DNA of 64,000 nt from NCBI GenBank assembly GCA_902790635.1, contig CADASN010000001.1:140515-204514 (forward strand), given 5' to 3'. The DNA is from an uncultured Bacteroidia bacterium (GTDB lineage: Bacteria > Bacteroidota > Bacteroidia > Bacteroidales > UBA932). This document shows, piece after piece, positions 28,467 to 37,181 of this stretch; the first letter of the stretch is position 1, and every line of letters begins with the position of its first letter. The notes below the pieces were generated by a model. It saw only the letters and a program-made list of their open reading frames with translations, did not search any database and was not told the origin of the DNA. A program made the translations under genes and the position numbers.

Positions 28467-29791
28467 TACGTCCTGACCCTTCTTCACCTTATTTCCACCC
28501 GGAACTGGAGACCCTTTCCGTCGACGGTTTGCGTGCCCTTCAGTCCGAGCGCCTGCAGCAGACGGTCCGCCGCTGCATGCAGGTTCCGTTCTACCGTGAC
28601 AAATTTGCCGAACTGGGCCTGGATCCCCGGGATATCACTTCGGTGGACGACGTCCGGAAATTGCCTTTCACGTCGAAGGAAGACTTGCGCGAGCATTATC
28701 CCTTCGGGCTTGCGGCCGTGCCCTTGCAAGATTGCGTGCGGCTGCATTCTTCCTCCGGCACGACGGGCAATCCGACGGTGGTCCTGCACACGCAGTCTGA
28801 CCTGGACGCCTGGGCGGAAGCCGTGGCGAGATGCCTCTGGATGGTTGGTGCACGTCCGGATGACGTGTTCCAGAATTCCGCCGGATACGGGATGTTCACG
28901 GCCGGCCTGGGCTTCCAGTACGGTGCTGAACGCGTCGGTATGCTGACGGTCCCGGCTGCGGCCGGCAACACGCTTCGGCAGATCAAGTTTATCCGGGACT
29001 TCGGTACGAGCGTGCTGCATGCCATTCCGAGCTATGCATCCCGTATTTTCGAAGTGATGAAGGAGCAGGGGGTGGACCCGCGCCGCGATACGAAACTGCG
29101 CGTGCTGTGCATCGGCGCCGAGCCGCACAGCGAAGAGCAGCGCCGCCGCATCGAGGAGAACCTGGGCGTCAAGGCCTACAATTCCTACGGCATCTCCGAG
29201 ATGATGGGTCCTGGCGTGGCCTTCGAATGCCAGGAGCAGAACGGCCTCCATATCTGGGAGGACTACTACATTGTGGAGATTGTCGATCCCGTCACGCTGG
29301 AGCCGGTGCCCGACGGGCAGCTGGGCGAACTCGTGCTCACCACGCTGCGCCGCGAGGCGATGCCTCTGCTGCGCTACCGGACCCGTGACCTGACCCGGAT
29401 CCTGCCCGGGGACTGCCCGTGCGGGCGTCACCACCTGCGTCTGGACCGCCTGCAGGGTCGCAGCGATGACATGATCATCCTCAAGGGTGTCAATATCTTC
29501 CCGATCCAGATCGAGAAGATCCTCCTGCAGTTCGAAGAGATCGGATCCGACTACCTCATCACCCTCGAGACCCGCGAAGGGGAGGGCGACGTGATGAACG
29601 TCGATGTGGAGGTCAACAATGTCTTCACCGACGATTATGCCACGCTGCAGCGCCTCGAACGCGAGATTACCCGTCAGCTGCGGGATGAGATCCTGGTCAA
29701 GCCGAAGATCCGGCTCGTGCCCAAGGGGACCCTGCCCGTCAGTGACGAGAAGAAAGCCGTGCGGGTGCGCGACCTGCGGAAATTGTTTTGA
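28463..29791 (+). CDS. paaK: Phenylacetate-CoA ligase (second paralog)
   Basis: HSSSGTTGNP, GYGMFTAGLG, GAEPH, YGISE, RYRTRD, GRSDDM. Confidence 0.93.
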   Translation: MIRPDPSSPYFHPELETLSVDGLRALQSERLQQTVRRCMQVPFYRDKFAELGLDPRDITSVDDVRKLPFTSKEDLREHYPFGLAAVPLQDCVRLHSSSGTTGNPTVVLHTQSDLDAWAEAVARCLWMVGARPDDVFQNSAGYGMFTAGLGFQYGAERVGMLTVPAAAGNTLRQIKFIRDFGTSVLHAIPSYASRIFEVMKEQGVDPRRDTKLRVLCIGAEPHSEEQRRRIEENLGVKAYNSYGISEMMGPGVAFECQEQNGLHIWEDYYIVEIVDPVTLEPVPDGQLGELVLTTLRREAMPLLRYRTRDLTRILPGDCPCGRHHLRLDRLQGRSDDMIILKGVNIFPIQIEKILLQFEEIGSDYLITLETREGEGDVMNVDVEVNNVFTDDYATLQRLEREITRQLRDEILVKPKIRLVPKGTLPVSDEKKAVRVRDLRKLF

Positions 29792-29815
29792 TTAACCGAT
29801 AATTCCTGAAACGAT

Positions 29816-30244
29816 ATGACCATCAGACAACTCTCAATCTTTATCGAGAACCAGTCCGGTACCCTGCAGAAGGTGCTCGAACTGGTGAAGCAGTCCCGGA
29901 TCCAGATTATCGCCTGCACCATCGCCGACACGGCGGAGTACGGTATTTTCCGGATTATCTGCAGCGAGCCCGACCGGGCCTGCAAGGAACTGAAGGAGGC
30001 CGGTGTGGCCGTCGCCATCTCCGAGGTCTTTGCCGTCGAACTGGACAACCAGCCCGGCGGTGCCGCCGACGTGGTCGGCTATTTCAGCCAGGCCGGTATC
30101 GGCATCACCTACATGTATGCTTTCCTCCTGGAAGGTCGCGGCATCATGATTTTCAAACCTGCCCGTGCCGTCGAGGCGGAGGAAGTGATCCGCACCAACA
30201 AGCTGCGCTGCCTGTCGGAACAGGATCTTCCCGTAAACGCCTGA
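29816..30244 (+). CDS. ACT domain (tandem) amino-acid-binding protein
   Basis: QLSIFIENQSGTL, IADTAEYGIFRII, DNQPGG, YMYAF; usual paaK neighbour. Confidence 0.9.
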   Translation: MTIRQLSIFIENQSGTLQKVLELVKQSRIQIIACTIADTAEYGIFRIICSEPDRACKELKEAGVAVAISEVFAVELDNQPGGAADVVGYFSQAGIGITYMYAFLLEGRGIMIFKPARAVEAEEVIRTNKLRCLSEQDLPVNA

Positions 30245-30261
30245 TATAGAGCTGACCGGAT

Positions 30262-30924
30262 TTGTCCGCTTTTCGTAAATACGGTACCTGCTTCTTTGAA
30301 GAGTACGCCCGGATCGAACTCTCGACCTTGCTGGGCCGGGAGTTCGACTGCCTGGTGGACCGGGACCGCCCGGATCTTCAGTCTCCGGACGACAGGCACC
30401 TGGGCATCGAGGTGACCCGGGCGATGGAGGAGAGCAAGCTGGCTGCACAGCAGCTGCTGAAGGAAGTCGCCGGCATCGTCCCGGCTGCGGACCGGCAGGA
30501 TTTGGAGAACATCGTATCGACCGGTTATGCGTACGGACTGCGTGAAGGACGCTATATCGGCACGCGCGAACTTCCGTATTGGATGCTGGCCAAGCCGCTG
30601 CGTATGATCCTGCAGAGCAAGGTATCCAAGGCGGGCAACGGCTTCTACGGGCGCTTTGACAAGATGGGTCTGTTCGTTTTCTGCAAGGATGACCTGGATG
30701 AGGCCCAGGCTGCCCAGACCTGCCGCTACGTGATGCAACTCCAGCGGAATCAGGAGATCCGCTACAACCGTCTCTATCTGGCGGACATCGACCAGTTCTT
30801 CGTCTGCAACCTGGACGAGGGCCTGTCGTTCGATGCCCGTCTGCTTACCATTCCCGTCACGCAGGACCAGCGGCAGGAGATGTTCCTGCAGGCCATCCGG
30901 GCGCAGTTCGAGCGCCGGGGGTAA
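30262..30924 (+). CDS. Hypothetical protein, possible PD-(D/E)xK nuclease-like fold
   Basis: TTG start, coding-like composition, DRPD...LGIEVT motif. Confidence 0.55.
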   Translation: MSAFRKYGTCFFEEYARIELSTLLGREFDCLVDRDRPDLQSPDDRHLGIEVTRAMEESKLAAQQLLKEVAGIVPAADRQDLENIVSTGYAYGLREGRYIGTRELPYWMLAKPLRMILQSKVSKAGNGFYGRFDKMGLFVFCKDDLDEAQAAQTCRYVMQLQRNQEIRYNRLYLADIDQFFVCNLDEGLSFDARLLTIPVTQDQRQEMFLQAIRAQFERRG

Positions 30925-30931
30925 GCCCCTT

Positions 30932-31150
30932 TCAGCAGGCGGCGAATTCGTCTTCGTCCCCGTACATTTCCGGCTGGGCCGCAAGGTGCTGGCCGGCCGT
31001 GTCTTCGATGAGCTCCTTGAAGCCCGTCAGGGCGGCGAAGGGAGCGAACTGCGCTGCACGGTCGGCTTGCGGCATGCGCGGATGGCGCTGCGGCTCGGGC
31101 CTGGGCAGGTCGATGATGTCGTCGTAGCGGTGTTCGAAATCGCTGTTCAT
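30932..31150 (-). CDS. Short YolD-like partner of the Y-family polymerase
   Basis: YDDIIDLP..HPRM...RAAQFAPFAALTG motif; overlaps the polymerase stop. Confidence 0.8.
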   Translation of the reverse strand: MNSDFEHRYDDIIDLPRPEPQRHPRMPQADRAAQFAPFAALTGFKELIEDTAGQHLAAQPEMYGDEDEFAAC

Positions 31151-32628
31151 GCCTTGTGTCCTCCGATTTGTTCGTTGCGCTCGCGCGCAGTGGCTCCTTC
31201 GTCGAAATTCATCCCCTTGAGGATGGCGTTCTTGCCGTATTTCCTGCGGATGGCCAGGATGGCTTCCTGGCGGCTTCGCTCGCGGCTGTCGTCTTCGGCG
31301 GGTTCCTCGAAGAGGTCCAGCTGGATGCCTTCCACCTTCTTTTCGTCCACGACGTGTGCGGCGACGACATACATCCGGCGCACCAGGAGCGTGGGGTCCA
31401 CAACACGGTCGAACAGATCCATCATCGCGTCGGTGATGAGCCGGGTGGAAGAACTGGGGCGGGGGAGATTGACCGAGCCGTGGGCAGGCTTGGGTACGGG
31501 TCTGCCATACCAGTCGTTGGTGACGGCCCCCCGGTAGCCGCCCTGTCGGGCAGGGTCCGTAAGCGTCCCGTTGTCGTAGCCGATGCTGAGCACCAGCTGG
31601 TCCGTGACGAGTCCCTTGTCGACGAGGTCGAGCACCAGTTGGTCGGTCATCTCGCGCACCACCAGTTTCGCTTTTTTGAAGGTGTAAGGCTCCGCGAGAA
31701 CCTGTCCGGCGGAGAGGCTGTTGGCGGCGGGCTTGTAGGACTTGATGTCGGCCATCGTACAGCTCTCCCAGCCCCAGGCATGGTCGATGAGCAGTTCGGC
31801 GTTGACGCCGAAAATCTTGTAGAGCACGTCTTCGTTGTAGCGGTCCCGGGGTTTTCCGAGCGAGCAGCGGGCGATGTCGCCCATCGTATAGAGGCCGGCT
31901 GCTTCCAGCCGTGCGGCGATGCCGTGTCCGACGCGCCAGAAATCCGTCAGGGGGCGGTGCGTCCAGTATTTCCGACGATAGGACATCTCGTCCAGTTCGG
32001 CGATGCGCACCCCGTCCGCGTCGGCCGGACTGTGCTTCGCCTCGATGTCCATGGCAATCTTGCAGAGGTAGAGGTTGGGGCCGATGCCGGCGGTGGCCGT
32101 GATGCCCGTTTCCCGGAGCACCTCCTGGATGAGCTTGCGTGCCAGCTGGTGCGGGGTGAGCTTGTAGGTCCTGAGGTAGGCTGTGGCGTCAATGAAGACC
32201 TCGTCGATTGAATAGACGTGGATGTCCTCCGGGGCGATGTAGCGCAGGTAGATGCCGTAGATGCGGCTGCTGACCTCCATGTAATGCGCCATCCGGGGCG
32301 TGGCGACAACGTAGTCGAGCTCCAGGGACGGGTCGCGCTGCAGCTCCGAGTGGACGCTGCTCTTGGCGCGGAAGCGCTTTCCCGGCGCATTCCTGCGCCG
32401 CTCGGCGTTGATGCGGCGGACCGCCTGCACGACCTCGAACAGCCGCGCGCGCCCGGAGATGCCGTAGGTCTTGAGGGAAGGGGAGACGGCCAGGCAGATG
32501 GTCTTCTCCGTGCGGCTCGCATCAGCTACGACCAGGTGCGTGTCGAGTGCATCCAAGCCCCTGTCCACGCACTCCACGGAGGCGTAGAAGGACTTCAGGT
32601 CGATGGCGATATAGGTACGGGGTTTCGT
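31147..32628 (-). CDS. Y-family DNA polymerase (UmuC/DinB/ImpB-like), non-canonical or mutated start
   Basis: RTYIAIDLKSFYASVEC lies in frame upstream of the track's GTG at 32577; YSIDE, TAGIG.NLYLCK, IGGHKA end; no in-frame ATG/GTG/TTG before the DLKSFYASVE motif. Confidence 0.85.
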   Translation of the reverse strand, partial: TKPRTYIAIDLKSFYASVECVDRGLDALDTHLVVADASRTEKTICLAVSPSLKTYGISGRARLFEVVQAVRRINAERRRNAPGKRFRAKSSVHSELQRDPSLELDYVVATPRMAHYMEVSSRIYGIYLRYIAPEDIHVYSIDEVFIDATAYLRTYKLTPHQLARKLIQEVLRETGITATAGIGPNLYLCKIAMDIEAKHSPADADGVRIAELDEMSYRRKYWTHRPLTDFWRVGHGIAARLEAAGLYTMGDIARCSLGKPRDRYNEDVLYKIFGVNAELLIDHAWGWESCTMADIKSYKPAANSLSAGQVLAEPYTFKKAKLVVREMTDQLVLDLVDKGLVTDQLVLSIGYDNGTLTDPARQGGYRGAVTNDWYGRPVPKPAHGSVNLPRPSSSTRLITDAMMDLFDRVVDPTLLVRRMYVVAAHVVDEKKVEGIQLDLFEEPAEDDSRERSRQEAILAIRRKYGKNAILKGMNFDEGATARERNEQIGGHKA

Positions 32629-32650
32629 GGTGATCTGCGCTTGTTTCAGA

Positions 32651-32700
32651 CAAAAATAATGATTCCCGGCGGATTTGGAAAGATTGTTTTTGTATATTTG
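32651..32700. promoter_or_regulatory. Back-to-back -7 elements (TATTTTTG minus 32651-32658; TATATTTG plus 32693-32700)
   Basis: TAnnTTTG consensus on both strands between divergent genes. Confidence 0.65.
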
Positions 32701-32717
32701 TAGAAAACCATTCCGTT

Positions 32718-33677
32718 ATGATCAGAATCGCTATTGTCGGATCCGGTAGGATCGTCCCCCAGATGCTCGAGGCCATGCAGACTGTCCCGGGCTACGATGT
32801 CATTGCCATCTGCGGACGCAGCCGCGAGAAGGCCGGCCGCTACGGCATTCCGAACGTATATACCGACTACGCGGAAATGCTGGCGCGCCCGGATATTGAT
32901 TTCGTCTATGTCGCCCTGCCCAATTCCCTGCACTTCGAGGCGGCGAAGCAGGCCCTGCTCGCCGGCAAGAATGTCCTCTGCGAGAAGCCGTTTACTTCGA
33001 CCGTGGAGCAGGCGGCGGAGCTTTTCGCCCTGGCAGAAGAGCGCGGGCTGTGGATCTTCGAAGCCATTTCCAACATCCACCTGCCCAATTTCCGCAAGGT
33101 ACAGGAGATCCTCCCGCTGATCGGCCCCGTGCGTCTGGTGCATGCCGATTATGACGAGCATTTCGGCCGCTACGACGAGTACCTGGCCGGAGCGGACATT
33201 CCCGTGTTCACGCATGAATACGAAGGCGGCGCCTTGCGCGACATCAATATCTACTGCCTGCATATCGTGCTGGCGCTTTACGGCCGGCCGGACCAGGTCT
33301 TCTATGCCGCCAATGCCTGCGGGCGCAACGCCATCGGCACTTCCGGCGCCGCTACGCTCGGCTACAAGAGCGGACTGATTGCCGTCTGCACGGCTTCGAT
33401 GGATTCCGATGGCCTGAGAGGCTTCTTTTTCCAAGGCGAGAAGGGCGCCATCCGCGTCCACGGGCTGCCGAATTTCTTCACGAAAGTGGACCTGATGCTG
33501 CCGGGGCAGGAGCTGCAGTCGTTCGAGCTCAACCGCTATGAGCACCGGCTCTGCCATCAGTTGGAGGACTACCGGGACATTTACGAATCCCGTGACCGGG
33601 AGGCAGCGGCACGCCTGCAGGCGCAGACGCTCCTGATCATGGAGACGCTGGTGCGTTTGGAGAATTCTCAAGTATAA
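32718..33677 (+). CDS. Gfo/Idh/MocA family oxidoreductase
   Basis: IAIVGSGRI, YVALPNSLH, VLCEKP, GGALRDINIY. Confidence 0.93.
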   Translation: MIRIAIVGSGRIVPQMLEAMQTVPGYDVIAICGRSREKAGRYGIPNVYTDYAEMLARPDIDFVYVALPNSLHFEAAKQALLAGKNVLCEKPFTSTVEQAAELFALAEERGLWIFEAISNIHLPNFRKVQEILPLIGPVRLVHADYDEHFGRYDEYLAGADIPVFTHEYEGGALRDINIYCLHIVLALYGRPDQVFYAANACGRNAIGTSGAATLGYKSGLIAVCTASMDSDGLRGFFFQGEKGAIRVHGLPNFFTKVDLMLPGQELQSFELNRYEHRLCHQLEDYRDIYESRDREAAARLQAQTLLIMETLVRLENSQV

Positions 33678-33688
33678 ATAATTGAAAA

Positions 33689-34408
33689 ATGAATCGACTT
33701 CTTTTAGTCCTTGCCATGAGCTCAATCTTGTTGTGCAGCTGCCGGTCCGGACATCGGACGCCGGCAACGGAGTCTTTCCCAGGGCCGGATGCCGCCCCTG
33801 TCGAAGAAAGTGTGGAAGGGATCGTGCCGGAATTCCGGCCGGGTTTCCTGTGCGATACCATCCCGCCGGCCGTAGAGGCCCGGATGCGCGGCAATTCCTA
33901 TCCGGAGGGAGCGAAGATCGGACTGGACGAACTGCGTTATCTGCGCGTGGCCTATTACGATTTCGACGGGATCCGGCACATGGGCGAACTGGTTTGCAAT
34001 GTCGCCATCGCGCAGGATCTGCTGGAGATCTTCCGGGCTTTGTACGAAGCGGAATATCCCATCTGCAGTATCCGCCTGGTGGATGACTTCGGCGGTTCGG
34101 ACGACGAATCGATGCTGGCTGACAACTCATCCTGCTTCAATTACCGGGTCGTGGCCGGTACCACCCGGCTTTCCAATCACGCCCGCGGGCTGGCCATCGA
34201 TATCAACCCGTTTGAGAATCCCTACATTACCCAGAGCGGCAAGGTACTTCCGGAGGGAGCGGAGCCGTATGTGGATCGCTCAAAGGACTTTCCGCACAAG
34301 ATCGACAAAGAGGATCTCTGCTACCGACTGTTCATCGAACACGGCTTCACCTGGGGTGGCTCGTGGCAGACGGTGAAGGACTATCAGCACTTTGAAAAAG
34401 TTTTTTAG
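33689..34408 (+). CDS. M15 family peptidoglycan metallopeptidase, lipoprotein
   Basis: LLCSC lipobox, NSSCFNYR, LSNHARGLAIDINP, WGGSW..KDYQHFE. Confidence 0.9.
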   Translation: MNRLLLVLAMSSILLCSCRSGHRTPATESFPGPDAAPVEESVEGIVPEFRPGFLCDTIPPAVEARMRGNSYPEGAKIGLDELRYLRVAYYDFDGIRHMGELVCNVAIAQDLLEIFRALYEAEYPICSIRLVDDFGGSDDESMLADNSSCFNYRVVAGTTRLSNHARGLAIDINPFENPYITQSGKVLPEGAEPYVDRSKDFPHKIDKEDLCYRLFIEHGFTWGGSWQTVKDYQHFEKVF

Positions 34409-34438
34409 GGCTTCTGAATCAAGATTGCAAGAAGCTGA

Positions 34439-34481
34439 AACAATCGGGTAAGGTTTCCTTGCCCGATTGTTCGTATATTTG
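34439..34481. promoter_or_regulatory. 15-bp inverted repeat directly abutting the GH9 -7 element (terminator and/or operator)
   Basis: aacaatcgggtaagg-ttt-ccttgcccgattgtt (14/15) then TATATTTG at 34474-34481. Confidence 0.55.
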
Positions 34482-34510
34482 AAAAAGAAAAACATTATAC
34501 GACCGTTTTT

Positions 34511-37042
34511 ATGAGAAAAACCATCCTTCCCTTGCTGCCGGTGCTTGTTCTGGCAGCATGCTCGCAACCTGTCGCTTCGGATCTGAAGCTCAATGATCTG
34601 GAGTACTTCGAGCGTCAGGGCGTCAATGTCCTCGTGTACAGCAACACGTTCTCCGGCGGCTTCAATGACGAGAAGAATTCCGGCATCGAGGTGATCCACC
34701 ACGGTGTCCGGACCGTCCAGGGCGGCGCCGTCCGTCTCTCCAATACGCCGGAGCAGTGGGACCTAGTCCCGCAGTCCACCTCCCGGATCGTCGATGCCGA
34801 TGCCGGCTCGATCGAAGTCGGGCTCCGGTATCCGGACTATGACTTCGACTCCCGCATCGTGACGACTGCCGTCGGCAAGGCTGTGCGGATCGACGTGTAC
34901 CTGGACAAGCCGCTTCCCAAAGAGCTGGAGGGCGACGCCGGATTCAACCTGGAGTTCCTTCCTTCCCAGTATTGGAACAAGGCCTATCTGATGGACGGCA
35001 AGCCGGGACGTTTCCCGCGTTATTCGGCCAGCCTGACCACCACGCGTCCCAACGAGGAGAAGGTCAAGCAGTACAAGGGCTACCGGACCTATGACGACCG
35101 GGGAACCGGCCGCTTCGTGGATCCGCTCCCGCTCGTCACGGGCCATTCGATGGTGCTGGCCCCCGACGCACCCGAGCGCATGATCAAGGTCACCTCCGAG
35201 GATGCCGAGCTCATGCTCTTCGACGGGCGTCTGCTGGCGCAGAACGGCTGGTATGTCCTGCGCAGCCTGCTGCCCTCCGGCAAGACGGGCAAGGTGCTGA
35301 GCTGGACCGTCGAGCCGAATGCCGTCCCCGGCTGGATCCGGGAGCCCAATGTGGGCTTCTCGCAGGTCGGCTACATCCCTTCGCAGCCCAAGGTGGCCGT
35401 GATCGAGCTGGACAAGCTCGACAAACCGCGCGCGACGGCGGAAGTCTTCAAGGTCAATGCTGACGGTACGACCTCCCGGGCATTCTCCGGTCCGGTCACT
35501 TCCTGGGGTGACTACTACAAGTACCACTACGTCAAGTTCGACTTCTCTTCGGTCAGGGAACCCGGCGTGTATTTCCTGCGTTACGGCGACGTGGAGACCA
35601 ACGACTTCATCATCGACGACAGCGTCTATGAGCGTATTACGGATGCCACCAGTGATGTCTGGATCCCGATCCACATGAACCACATGATGGTCAACGAGGG
35701 CTATCGGATCTGGCACGGCGAGCCGTTCAAGGAAGGGTATCTCCAGGCTCCGGCCAATACGGACCACTTCGACCTGCACAGCCAGGGCCCCATCGACACC
35801 AAGTTCAAGGCCCTGCAGTTGATTCCCGGCCTGAACGTGGGCGGCTACTTCGACGCCGGCGACTTCGACATCGAGACGGGTTCCAATATCAGCGTGGTGC
35901 AGAACCTCGTGTCCGACTGGGAGCGCTTCAAGCCGATGCGTGACGAGACCTTTGTCAGTGAGGAGCAGCGCTATGTGGACTTGCACCGCCCGGACGGCGT
36001 GCCTGACGTGCTGCAGTACATCGAGCACGGTGTGCTGAACCTGGTGGCCCAGGCCGAGATCATCGGCCACATGTCCCAGACCCTGTCCAATTCGGTCCTG
36101 GACAACTATCACCATCTCGGTGATGCGGCCGCCATCACGGACGGCCTGCACTACGACCCGCGCCTGAAGCCCTACCAGAAATCGGCGGACGGCAAATCCA
36201 GCGGCACACCGGACGACATGTGGGCGTTCACGACCCGCAATCCGTTCCTGGACCTACAGGCGGCTACGATGTTCGCTGCGGCCAGCCGGGCCCTCGAAGG
36301 CTACAATGATGCCCTGGCCAAGCGCGCCCTGGCACAGTCCAAGCGCCTGATGAAAGAGGGCACGGAGCTGATGGCCAAGGCCCCGGCGGGCGGCCGGATG
36401 CGCAACCGTGGTTTCGGCAACATGTCCACCAACCTGCAGCTCTACGTGTGCACAGGGGAGCAGCATTATCTCGATGACTTCGTACAGCAGGTATGGCCCG
36501 CCCTGGATCGCGGCGTGAACATGTCCATCCAGCCGGCGCTCGATGCCATCCCGTACATGGATGCCGCCTACAAGGAGCGTCTCCGCCCGTATGTGGAGCA
36601 GTACAAGGTCTATCTGGACAGCCTGGATGTGGATAACCCGTATGGCGTTCCCATCGGTCTGGGCAACTGGGCCGGTTCCGGCAGCGTGGTCAGCTTCGGT
36701 ACCACCGCGTCCTTTGCCAGCAAGTATTTCCCGGACATCATCGGACCGGAATACGCGCTCAAGGCTGCCGGCTACATGTTCGGATGCCACCCGTACCACA
36801 ACTATTCGCTGGTTGCCGCCGTCGGCGCCACCCGCCCGAAGTCGGTCTTCTACGGCAACAACCGTGCGGACTTCTCCTTCATCCCCGGGAATGTGGCTCC
36901 GGGTGTGCTGTTCCGCCATCCCGATCATTTCGAGAACTATGATGACTGGCCGTTCCTGTGGGGCCAGAACGAAGGCACCATCGCCGGCAACACCGGCTAC
37001 CTGATTTTTGGCACCGCGCTCAAGGACCTCGTAACCAAGTAG
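34511..37042 (+). CDS. Glycoside hydrolase family 9 lipoprotein with Ig-like module
   Basis: VLAAC lipobox, FSQVGY.P..PKVAV Ig-like start, GGYFDAGD, C-terminal NEGTIAGN. Confidence 0.88.
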   Translation: MRKTILPLLPVLVLAACSQPVASDLKLNDLEYFERQGVNVLVYSNTFSGGFNDEKNSGIEVIHHGVRTVQGGAVRLSNTPEQWDLVPQSTSRIVDADAGSIEVGLRYPDYDFDSRIVTTAVGKAVRIDVYLDKPLPKELEGDAGFNLEFLPSQYWNKAYLMDGKPGRFPRYSASLTTTRPNEEKVKQYKGYRTYDDRGTGRFVDPLPLVTGHSMVLAPDAPERMIKVTSEDAELMLFDGRLLAQNGWYVLRSLLPSGKTGKVLSWTVEPNAVPGWIREPNVGFSQVGYIPSQPKVAVIELDKLDKPRATAEVFKVNADGTTSRAFSGPVTSWGDYYKYHYVKFDFSSVREPGVYFLRYGDVETNDFIIDDSVYERITDATSDVWIPIHMNHMMVNEGYRIWHGEPFKEGYLQAPANTDHFDLHSQGPIDTKFKALQLIPGLNVGGYFDAGDFDIETGSNISVVQNLVSDWERFKPMRDETFVSEEQRYVDLHRPDGVPDVLQYIEHGVLNLVAQAEIIGHMSQTLSNSVLDNYHHLGDAAAITDGLHYDPRLKPYQKSADGKSSGTPDDMWAFTTRNPFLDLQAATMFAAASRALEGYNDALAKRALAQSKRLMKEGTELMAKAPAGGRMRNRGFGNMSTNLQLYVCTGEQHYLDDFVQQVWPALDRGVNMSIQPALDAIPYMDAAYKERLRPYVEQYKVYLDSLDVDNPYGVPIGLGNWAGSGSVVSFGTTASFASKYFPDIIGPEYALKAAGYMFGCHPYHNYSLVAAVGATRPKSVFYGNNRADFSFIPGNVAPGVLFRHPDHFENYDDWPFLWGQNEGTIAGNTGYLIFGTALKDLVTK

Positions 37043-37064
37043 TTCTGATCCGGCAGTTTGTGAA

Positions 37065-37102
37065 GACGGGTCGCAGCCTAGTAGCTGCGGCCCGTCGTTT
37101 TT
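37065..37102 (+). terminator. Intrinsic terminator after GH9
   Basis: gacgggtcgcagc-ctagta-gctgcggcccgtc followed by gttttt. Confidence 0.75.
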
Positions 37103-37181
37103 CCGGTCCCTGTGTATAGGCGGAGGTTTGTGTGAAAACAATTTAATTGTTAAATTTGCAAATTGGATATCAGCGTTTTCC

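Noticed and set aside
26538-28487. 649-aa minus-strand ORF, and similar long antisense ORFs (13856-15172, 15179-16810, 22259-23779, 48466-50103, 51232-52833, 56416-57996, 61730-62803, 62840-63934)
   Set aside because: Shadow frames opposite well-recognised genes; expected from high GC3 codon usage; no family motifs
27156-29791. Repeated DNA stretches about 1.3 kb apart
   Set aside because: Explained by conserved motifs of the two paaK paralogs, not a mobile or CRISPR repeat
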